Assembly: GCA_965248755.1 (NCBI GenBank)
Contig: OZ252149.1
Span: 1,344,001-1,408,000 of the forward strand
Length of the DNA stretch: 64,000 bases
Direction: 5' to 3'
Origin: Candidatus Latescibacterota bacterium
GTDB taxonomy: Bacteria; Latescibacterota; CBDEFO01
Below, piece after piece: positions 50,366 through 58,546 of this stretch (its first letter is position 1; each line of letters begins with the position of its first letter). Under the pieces are notes generated by a model. It was not told the origin of the DNA. It ran no database searches and saw only the letters and a program-made list of their open reading frames with translations. The position numbers were made by a program, and so were the translations under genes.

Positions 50366-51418
50366 TCATTCATAGAGCCACCGCGTCGGATGCGTCAACC
50401 ATATTGGATCCAGGCTACCCGCAGGTGAGCTGACGCGAATGAAAATGTAAAGATTCTCACCGTCGTCGCTGAAATACACCTCATGATAGTGCAGATGCAT
50501 AAAGTCATCAGGCAGTTCGCCCAGGATCTCATCAGGGCCGCTACCCCCACGGACCATTGTCGCGAGGGGCGGAGGCTCAACGCGCGTGACCGACTCCACA
50601 CCGGGACTCTGGACAAGGGTCTTGAAATTGTCCCAGGTCTGGCCGTCGTCCCTCGAGATGGCCACGGAAAGCCTCCCGCGACGATAGCCGGCTTTGATCT
50701 CATCAGCCGACATCTGGTTCCACACGAGCACCAGATCCCCTGTGTTGGGAATTCGGTTCAAGCGGCAGGGGGAGTTGGACATCGCAAGGTCGGTCGTCTC
50801 CACCTTCGTCCAGGCTTTGCCACCGTCAGCGCTGCAACTCTTCAAAATCCGGGCGCAAGTCGACCGCATGAAGCACAGCAGGCGGCAGCCTTTCAGTTCA
50901 GCAACGACTGGCTCCTCACAGCTCCAGTGCCCGAGGTGACCGTCTTGAAGGTAGCCCATCAGGAAGCCCTTGGAATGCTGCCAGGTCTGGCCATCATCGT
51001 CTGAGAAATTCATATAGCTTCCAGCCATCTCCGGGACATGAGTGTGTGTCTCCAGCGGGATCTTCTGACCTTTCCAGATGGCATAACCGCCACGCTGCTG
51101 GCGAGTATAGTCGGGGTGCTCGCCCTTCATTTCGAGGTAGAAGGGGATCACGATCCGGCCCCGGTAGTCTCCCTGCTGGATCTGGATGGCGGCGTTCTCG
51201 AGTGACGTGGGTTCGACCGTGCCAACGTCGGAGCTGAACTGGTCTCCTTTGATCCAGGTCGCGCCGCCGTCGCAAGACGTGTACGAGTGCCACTGATCGT
51301 ACTTAAAGAGCCTTCCGGAGTTCAACTTCAAGAACGTACCCTGTTCCTTTAGTTCTCGTGGGCGCTCGGTTCCTGGCCTCTCCCCAGAAGGTAATTGCGT
51401 AGGGGTCTGACTGCTCAA
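50366..51418 (-). CDS. BNR/Asp-box sialidase-like protein (possibly internally deleted)
   Basis: Asp-boxes; shares EEPVVAE and VWNQ.SADEI..G..R.RLS with 45379..46692. Confidence 0.72.
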   Translation of the reverse strand: MSSQTPTQLPSGERPGTERPRELKEQGTFLKLNSGRLFKYDQWHSYTSCDGGATWIKGDQFSSDVGTVEPTSLENAAIQIQQGDYRGRIVIPFYLEMKGEHPDYTRQQRGGYAIWKGQKIPLETHTHVPEMAGSYMNFSDDDGQTWQHSKGFLMGYLQDGHLGHWSCEEPVVAELKGCRLLCFMRSTCARILKSCSADGGKAWTKVETTDLAMSNSPCRLNRIPNTGDLVLVWNQMSADEIKAGYRRGRLSVAISRDDGQTWDNFKTLVQSPGVESVTRVEPPPLATMVRGGSGPDEILGELPDDFMHLHYHEVYFSDDGENLYIFIRVSSPAGSLDPIWLTHPTRWLYE

Positions 51419-51620
51419 TGTGCTCTCCTTCCCGTGTCGAAAAGATGACTGCCCAGAAAATAACAGCAACCTGATGAATGTCCGGCACACAATGTCCAGG
51501 TGGCTATGACTTATGCCGTGCCCTTGGTCATTGGAGCTTAGAGGTTGGATATTCGGCCATACACGTCAATAGCTGGGATTTAGTAGCTTCCTCCGAAATA
51601 CAAATGTTAACTATCTTAAC

Positions 51621-52177
51621 TTAAGATATTTTGGACAACCCGATGATCTCCCACGCCTCCTCGGGTGAGGCTATCTCTCGTCCCACTTCACGTGCGATGC
51701 GCACCGCCTTTTCCACCAGTAAGACGTTGGTTGTGGCCAATGTGCCGTCTTCCAGATAGGGACAATCCTCCATCCCGACCCGCACATGACCACCAAGGAG
51801 GATCGCGTGGGTTACGATTGACCAGTATGCCGGAGGATCCATGCAGCTCATGTTCCAGTTGGCGCGCAGCGGCAGATGGTCAACCATGTATTGCAGACCT
51901 TTCGCCGTCGGTGGGGGGTCCACCCCTGTCCCGGCCAGCCAATGAACAGGGTAAGCCATTGGGGGTCTGCCAGGAGGTCTGGCTCCTGCTCACGAACTCC
52001 CTCGGCGGTCCAGAAGTCTGCCTGAGGACTCATGTGCGGCTCGGGAATCGGCAAGAACGGGGGTGCGACCTCGAGACCGATGTCGATAGCCTGGTACCCG
52101 ACTTCTGCCAACACGTCGATTGCCTCTTCTACGCTGTACATACACAAGAGCCCCGAATTGCAGCTTAGACCTTGCAT
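51621..52177 (-). pseudogene. Fused remnants: sugar-phosphate isomerase N-terminus and beta-keto acid cleavage enzyme C-terminus
   Basis: YSVEEAI..LAEVGY.AI; LGGHVRVGMED...LVEKAVRIA...GREIASP.EA. Confidence 0.7.
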
Positions 52178-52272
52178 TTGAACATCCCTTCATCCTATGT
52201 TGAATGTCGCTGAAATAAGATCGAGTAGTTTAGTAAGTAAGGCACGGTCATTGCTCTATAGGTTGGGTCCTA

Positions 52273-52309
52273 TGTTTACGATTTTAACACATTTTCTCCT
52301 TAATGGCAA
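52273..52309 (-). promoter_or_regulatory. Sigma70-like promoter with palindromic operator
   Basis: TTGCCA-17 bp-TAAAAT; same motif as 61005-61041. Confidence 0.55.
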
Positions 52310-52439
52310 AAGAATTGTAGTGCCCACCTGTAAAGATGATCGTTATTCCGTGGATGCGCCGCGTTCGAAGGGAAAAAGGTAAGCCTTCTATTTTTCATCA
52401 GTATTTGGATCTTATCGCAGCCACAAGCTGAGCCAGTGA

Positions 52440-52561
52440 GCATAACGGCTAAGTTCAGCGGCGGACCTACAACTACGCTCCGCCACCTATACAGCGTCTC
52501 ACGGAAAATACCATGTCATGTGTCTACCCTCCCGCCCGTCCGCTGGAGCGAGTGTTAGGGC
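52440..52561 (-). other. Integron attC site
   Basis: - strand GCCCTAAC-ACTC-GCTCCAGCGGAC...GCCGCTGAACT-TAGCC-GTTATGC. Confidence 0.82.
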
Positions 52562-52570
52562 CGCGTGTGT

Positions 52571-53041
52571 TCATAGCCACCGACCGACAGGTGCCTTGTA
52601 ACGCAAAAATCCCTCACCAAATTTGGCCTCCAGGTGACGTTCCTCTCCACGCACCGCCCACAGATCCATCACAAGGAACACTGGTGCCGCCAAGATTAAG
52701 ATCCAGCCATTGTTAAGGAGGATTCCAATGCCCAAGTACAAAAGCGTCAACGATACATAGGAAGGATTACGCGAGAACCGATAGGGTCCCTCCGTAATCA
52801 GAGCCGAGGCCGGCTTCCGTACGTCGAACGGCGTACCCCCTCGACGAAAGCGCCTGAGGACGGGCGCAATTATTAGCCCACTAACGAGAATAACAACCGA
52901 CCCGATAACGTATCTTGAGGAGCCTGATAAAGGCGACAGAGGCCATAGAGAATTAAGCACGAATCCTACAGCGAGCGCCGCAACGTAAATTACTGGCGGC
53001 GGGATACGGATTCCAGGCCCGGATGATGCTTCCACGTTCAT
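52571..53041 (-). CDS. Isoprenylcysteine carboxyl methyltransferase family protein (gene cassette)
   Basis: IPPP, LITEGPYRFSRNP.Y, EERHLEAKFGE..Y..V.RWL; flanked by attC sites. Confidence 0.88.
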   Translation of the reverse strand: MNVEASSGPGIRIPPPVIYVAALAVGFVLNSLWPLSPLSGSSRYVIGSVVILVSGLIIAPVLRRFRRGGTPFDVRKPASALITEGPYRFSRNPSYVSLTLLYLGIGILLNNGWILILAAPVFLVMDLWAVRGEERHLEAKFGEGFLRYKAPVGRWL

Positions 53042-53062
53042 AAAGTTCTCGTGCTGGTGCGC

Positions 53063-53124
53063 GCCCTATCGTCCTGGGCATCACCTTCGTGCGAAGCACG
53101 TCAGCTGCATGCCGTTGTTAGATT
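53063..53124 (-). other. Integron attC site (core GTT mutated to GAT)
   Basis: - strand AATCTAAC-AACG-GCATGCAGCTGAC..TTCG..AGGTGATGC-CCAGGAC-GATAGGGC. Confidence 0.78.
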
Positions 53125-53429
53125 GCACTGTCGTTCCAGTTCCCATCGTCGTACGAGCGCTGAACCCGAAACAATCGGTCGTACAGTCCGTCCAGCGCAC
53201 TCCGCAAAGCCTTGTCTTCGGTGTGGTTTGCCTCCGCCGCGATATACCCGAGCATGTCCTCCAGATCATCCAGCGTGTAGTCACCCACGAGGCCCCTGCC
53301 ACTCGAAGCGGGCCGCAACCTCTTCACATACTCGGGATCTCCAAAGGTGTGGTCGAGCAGCAAGCTCCGATCGCGGGCCGTCATCCGAACAGCGATCCTC
53401 TCGTCGGGATGGATCTTCCGTCGACTCAT
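53118..53429 (-). CDS. Hypothetical protein (gene cassette)
   Basis: GGAG RBS; stop TAA lies inside the attC R'' box; motif TLDDLEDMLGYIAAEANH. Confidence 0.75.
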   Translation of the reverse strand: MSRRKIHPDERIAVRMTARDRSLLLDHTFGDPEYVKRLRPASSGRGLVGDYTLDDLEDMLGYIAAEANHTEDKALRSALDGLYDRLFRVQRSYDDGNWNDSAI

Positions 53430-53442
53430 CCATGCTCCAGTT

Positions 53443-53475
53443 AATCTAACCAGGGCTTATACAGTTTTCTATGCT
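53443..53475 (-). other. Putative attI-like recombination site
   Basis: GTTAGATT core complementary to the cassette's AATCTAAC, with no attC hairpin upstream. Confidence 0.5.
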
Positions 53476-54263
53476 AAGAACCTATGTACAGCTATTCGAG
53501 CTATATAAGACCCTACTGAAATATTAAGAAAAAACCTGTAATATTAAGAATATCATTCGGTTGAGTCATAATTATCATAAGTTGTCTAGGAATTATATAC
53601 AGACTGTATAAAACCCCAATTTGCAAAATACTTGTCGCTCTGTCAAGACATCCTATGTCAAATGAAAAGTCGTCAAAGAGTAAGAATTAATCTATGACAG
53701 CAAGAGAGCGGTATGGAATCTCCAAATTCTCTGCTTTTTTGATCTTTTCGAAATCTGGGCACACTCCACGTTAGACTTTGGCTTTTCACACTTAATCACC
53801 CCGCTTCTTCGTCTCTAAGCTGCATATGTCCTTCCATTGGCGAGGATATGCACTGATGAATTTCCATATCGGTCCTCGCATCTTCTCAGTTCGTGGCTGG
53901 TAGACTTGGATCGTCTTAAAGCGCTCGTTTATTGGGAAAATGATTCTTATATCTTCGTGCGAAGATAATGAGCCAGTTTGAAACCGCAGCTGGATTGGGG
54001 ATTTTTCAGACAGTTTGAGAGGCAGAACTCCTCGTCTGACACGGTAGATTCTGCCAGTTTCAGAATTCGCACAAGATTCCTTTTTTTTTTACACTCGCAC
54101 TGTGTCCGAATCTCAAGCTTTCTTCTTCATATCAGATGCGTCTTCCGATGTCGATCAGCGCCATCGTTTGGCTCGGTACTCCGATCGTCTTTGCAGGAAT
54201 TAGCGGATGGGGCCTGATTCAGAATTTCCTGGCAGCGCATAGGATCTAAACTGTGAGTGTCGC

Positions 54264-55382
54264 CTACCTAAACCAGTCATAATTGAGCCTCAGTGAGCGG
54301 TCTTCAAGCGGCAGGTCGACGCGCACGCTCCCCTGGGCTGCAGACTGCTTCAGGGCGATTTCTACCTCGAAAGCCACAGCGACCCTTCTGCCGGAGTTTT
54401 TGGGCTCATCAAGCTTTCCTTCCAGGCAGTCCAAGACATCCGCAACCCCGTAAACAGCACCAAGTGGCCCTTTCATCTGAGATACCATCTGGGGCTCCGG
54501 CCACGGTATCTCCACCCGGTGTCTGCCAGCGGGGGTATCTATGTCCTGCCACAGTCTCCATATCCCGCTGTGGACAAGCTCTCCGGAAGATCCGGACACG
54601 CGGACAGAAGGCGCCCCCTTTCGGAAGTGAACGACGAGGCCGTCTACGGTTCCCACCATCCCTTCACCCCTGAACTCATCGCTGCCCGATTCGGTTCGCT
54701 CCTGGTCCCCAACGCCGAAGGCCCAGGCAGGAGCGCTTTCCACAAAGTACGACCACTGCTGATTCTGGGAAATTGGAACACCTGGCGCCTCGATGGAGAT
54801 GACATCGCCTATGGCCCCACTTGTAACCAGTTCCTTTGCCCTGCCAAAAGAGGGATGATTGGTGATGAGAGAACCACAGCAGAGAGGCACACCGGCATCC
54901 ACGCACGTCTTGACCATCCGGTCGGCCTCCTCAAGAGTGTGCGCCATGGGCTTTTCCGTCATGATCCCCCTGGCGCCGCGCTGGACGGCCAGGCAGGTCA
55001 GGTCGGCGCGGACGTTGGTATTGGTGGAGACGATTACGATGTCCAGCTTTTCCTTCTGGAGCATCTCCTCCGCGTCCGTGTAGAGAGCCTTGACGCCGTA
55101 GCGCTCCTCAAAGGCCTTTAACCGCTTCCGGTCGCGGTCTGCACCTGCCACTAGATCAACATCCGACCGATCCCACAGAGCCTCTGCGTAGGTGCTGGGC
55201 ACACGCTCCTTGCCAGGGTGATCGTGGTAGTGGAATTTCCGGTGGATGTCAAGTTCAGGCGTTGGACGATCAACATCGTCGATGTCGAAGCGGTCGGAGA
55301 TGCGTTCAGCCATGTCGTAGAGCATTCCCATCCATCCCAACCCGATAATTCCCGCGCGATAGTTTGCCATGGTAACCCTCAT
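54264..55382 (-). CDS. Gfo/Idh/MocA oxidoreductase, copy 2
   Basis: GIIGLGWMG, EKPMA.TLEEAD.M; tandem duplicate. Confidence 0.88.
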   Translation of the reverse strand: MRVTMANYRAGIIGLGWMGMLYDMAERISDRFDIDDVDRPTPELDIHRKFHYHDHPGKERVPSTYAEALWDRSDVDLVAGADRDRKRLKAFEERYGVKALYTDAEEMLQKEKLDIVIVSTNTNVRADLTCLAVQRGARGIMTEKPMAHTLEEADRMVKTCVDAGVPLCCGSLITNHPSFGRAKELVTSGAIGDVISIEAPGVPISQNQQWSYFVESAPAWAFGVGDQERTESGSDEFRGEGMVGTVDGLVVHFRKGAPSVRVSGSSGELVHSGIWRLWQDIDTPAGRHRVEIPWPEPQMVSQMKGPLGAVYGVADVLDCLEGKLDEPKNSGRRVAVAFEVEIALKQSAAQGSVRVDLPLEDRSLRLNYDWFR

Positions 55383-55474
55383 TCTCTCCTTCGTAAGACT
55401 ACTACTATGATTTCGTGGGTGAGGCTTGATTCAGAAACTCTGTCGGCCAATAGGGTCTAAGTTGCCTGTATTGC

Positions 55475-56593
55475 CTACCTATACCAGTCGTAATTGAGTC
55501 TCAGTGAGCGGTCTTCAAGCGGGAGGTCGACTCGCACGCCCCCCTGGACTGCAGACTGCTTCAGGGCGATCTCTACCTCAAGAGCCACGGCGACCCTTCT
55601 GCCGGAGTTCTTGGGTTCATCAAGCTTGCCTTCCAGGCAGTCCAAGATATCTGCAACCCCGTAAACAGCACCAAGTGGCCCTTGGATCTGAGATACCATC
55701 TGCGGCTCCGGCCAAGGCATCTCCACCCGCTGTATGCCAGCGGGTGTATCTATGTTCTGCCACAGCCTCCATATCCCGCTGTGGACAAGCTGTCCGGAAG
55801 AGCCGGAGGCGCGGACAGAAGGTGCCCCCTTTCGGAAGTGAACGACGAGGCCGTCTGCGGTTCCCATCATCCCTTCACCTCTGAACTCATCGCTGCCTGA
55901 TTCGGCTCGCTCCTGCTTCCCGACGCCGATGACCCAGGTAGGAGCGCTGTCCACAAAGTAGGACCACTGCTGATTCTGGGAAATTGTAACAGGGTGGGCT
56001 TCGATCGAGATGACATCTCCTATGGCCCCACTTGTGACCAGTTCCTTTGCCCTGCCAAAAGAGGGATGATTGGTGACGATACCACCGCAACAGAGAGGCA
56101 CACCGGCATCCGCGCACGTCTTGACCATCCGGTCGGCCTCCTCAAGAGTGTGCGCCATGGGCTTCTCCGTCATGATCCCCTTGGCCCCGCACTCGACGGC
56201 CAGGCAGGTCAGGTCGGCGCGGACGTTGGTATTGGTGGAGACGATTACGATGTCCAGCTTTTCCTTCTGGAGCATCTCCTCCGCGTCCGTGTAGAGAGCC
56301 TTGACGCCGTAGCGCTCCTCAAAGGCCTTTAACCGCTTCCGGTCGCGGTCTGCACCAGCCACCAGATCGACATCCGACCGATCCCACAGCGCCTCGGCGT
56401 AGGTGCTGGGTACACGCTCCTTGCCAGGGTGATCGTGGTAGTGGAATTTCCGGTGGATGTTAAGCTGAGGTGTTGGACGATTAACATCGTCGATGTTGAA
56501 GCGGTCGGAGATGCGATCGGCCATGTCGTAGAGCATTCCCATCCATCCCAACCCAATAATTCCCGCGCGATAGTTTGCCATGGTAACCCTCAT
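55475..56593 (-). CDS. Gfo/Idh/MocA oxidoreductase, copy 1
   Basis: Same motifs as copy 2. Confidence 0.88.
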   Translation of the reverse strand: MRVTMANYRAGIIGLGWMGMLYDMADRISDRFNIDDVNRPTPQLNIHRKFHYHDHPGKERVPSTYAEALWDRSDVDLVAGADRDRKRLKAFEERYGVKALYTDAEEMLQKEKLDIVIVSTNTNVRADLTCLAVECGAKGIMTEKPMAHTLEEADRMVKTCADAGVPLCCGGIVTNHPSFGRAKELVTSGAIGDVISIEAHPVTISQNQQWSYFVDSAPTWVIGVGKQERAESGSDEFRGEGMMGTADGLVVHFRKGAPSVRASGSSGQLVHSGIWRLWQNIDTPAGIQRVEMPWPEPQMVSQIQGPLGAVYGVADILDCLEGKLDEPKNSGRRVAVALEVEIALKQSAVQGGVRVDLPLEDRSLRLNYDWYR

Positions 56594-56671
56594 TTTCTCC
56601 TACGGAGGACAACTATTATGATACGGATACTATACTCTGATTTCTTCCCAGAAGGTTGTTCCGCGATAGAA

Positions 56672-58186
56672 TTAATCGGGGGACAACGACTCCGCTGGAT
56701 AGCTCAGGGTTGACGCATACGGACCGTGTTCCACGACGATCTCCACGTCTTCAATTATCACTCCTCCTGTGAACCCATCGGGTCTCCTATCCAGCGACAC
56801 CTCTAACAGATTCTGGCCTTTCTGCGGGCGTTCCCCTTCCAGGCGGAATTCCAACAACTGACCGGCGTAAGGAACGTTACTATCTGTGATCTTATGTGTT
56901 CCACCGAAGGTGCGCGTGCAAGTCTCATGAGACAGAGACCTCCCGTTCAACAGTATCGTAAGGTTGTCCGCCGTCACCAGATTACTCACGTTGATCTTAA
57001 GTCGTACTTCACGCACGCGTTCAGAAGATCCTTGCATATCATCTGATATATAGAACGGGATCTTATAGCTTATGTTCGGGTCAGCAGACGGGATTTGGAT
57101 CGGCAGTGCCGCATCGTAGACAAGCCCGGAACCTGCCGCATTTTCGCAGCGCCTCGGCAGGACATAGTGCTTTTCCCCTTCTTTTGATAGTTCAGGATTG
57201 CCTATCTCCGTGAGAATTCTGCGTTCTGAATCTCCTAATGGCCACTTCAAGAACCAGGTGTAGAGACCATCGGCGCCTCGATCCCAGAAGTTGCCCGCAG
57301 CAGCCCGCATCATCTCAGGCGTGGCGTACTTTCTGAGGTGAGATCCTACACTCTCGTCTTCTGACCAGGGTTGAAGCACTGGGTAGACAGATGCGCTGTC
57401 GTTTTGATGAGCCGATTGAATGAGCCAATCGATGGGCATGTCAGGGTCGAGTATAAAGTAGCCGTACAAAAACGGCACCACAAAGTCAACGATTCCCTCC
57501 TCAAACCACGTGCGCACATCCAATCCCGCCTCAAGACACATCTTTTCGGTGGGGAATACTCGAGCACCGATCTGACCGGGCTTGCCGGGCCTGTTCCGGA
57601 CCATGTGAGAAATCTTACCGATGTACTCTGTCATCAGCGGTGTGTGCTTTTCCGCTTCATCGGGCTTGAAGAAGAACGAGGGAGCGCAAAAGTCCAGCTC
57701 GACTCCCTCTACAGAATATTCTGTGGCGAGTTCCTCAAGGACTGCGAACTGATGATCGCGCGCCTCTGGATGAGCAAAGTTCAGACAGCCCTCCATCGGC
57801 CCGGGAACGCCGATCTGATAGCTTGGGTCGCTGCCACTGAATGCTCCCATGCGCAGGCTTGCGAAAAAGTCTATACCTGCCCCATGCGCCCTGTCGATGA
57901 GCACAGTTAGTGGGTCGAGGCCCCTGTCAATAAGGCTCTGCATATTCTCACATGCGCGCCACGCATACGCATCTTTGAATGGGCGCTGCTTTGCGCCCCA
58001 GCTTAGTCCAACCTTGGATGGGTAGAAGAGTCCTCCGCTTGAGACGCCGTAGCTGAATGTGTCAACGGCAGTGCCTGCCACTTCGTCAATCGGTCTCCAG
58101 GCGTCCTCCAACTTCATGGGCGGCTCGAAGGCGTACAGGTAGTAATGTCGCGCATCATTAAAGTAGATCGTTCGACGTCGTCTCAT
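56672..58186 (-). CDS. Putative TIM-barrel glycoside-hydrolase-like protein (paralog of 24133..25626)
   Basis: Near-identical protein to 24133..25626. Confidence 0.65.
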   Translation of the reverse strand: MRRRRTIYFNDARHYYLYAFEPPMKLEDAWRPIDEVAGTAVDTFSYGVSSGGLFYPSKVGLSWGAKQRPFKDAYAWRACENMQSLIDRGLDPLTVLIDRAHGAGIDFFASLRMGAFSGSDPSYQIGVPGPMEGCLNFAHPEARDHQFAVLEELATEYSVEGVELDFCAPSFFFKPDEAEKHTPLMTEYIGKISHMVRNRPGKPGQIGARVFPTEKMCLEAGLDVRTWFEEGIVDFVVPFLYGYFILDPDMPIDWLIQSAHQNDSASVYPVLQPWSEDESVGSHLRKYATPEMMRAAAGNFWDRGADGLYTWFLKWPLGDSERRILTEIGNPELSKEGEKHYVLPRRCENAAGSGLVYDAALPIQIPSADPNISYKIPFYISDDMQGSSERVREVRLKINVSNLVTADNLTILLNGRSLSHETCTRTFGGTHKITDSNVPYAGQLLEFRLEGERPQKGQNLLEVSLDRRPDGFTGGVIIEDVEIVVEHGPYASTLSYPAESLSPD

Positions 58187-58546
58187 TGGTGATCTCCTCT
58201 CCTTGTCGATTCCCCACCAGCCTATGACTTAATTCAGTATGGTGACTCCTCCGCTACAACCTGAGAAAAATGGACTCCAATTGTGACATCCTCTGCTATG
58301 TTACCCTCACTTTCTCGTTCCTTATACGATACATTATGCTACAGACTATTGCCCCCAGATTCCTTCCCAAGAAGCTCTTCGCCGATAGAATCAATGACAG
58401 AATCAATCGGGGATGGCCAGCACCGCGCGACACCCAATTGATGTTCGACTTTCTTGGGGCCGTCTGCCGTTTCTGTCTCTTATACACACGGAGCGCACAC
58501 TGCGCCGCCTACTTGCAGTCAAAGAGGCGACCCAGCCGGCGTCTTT

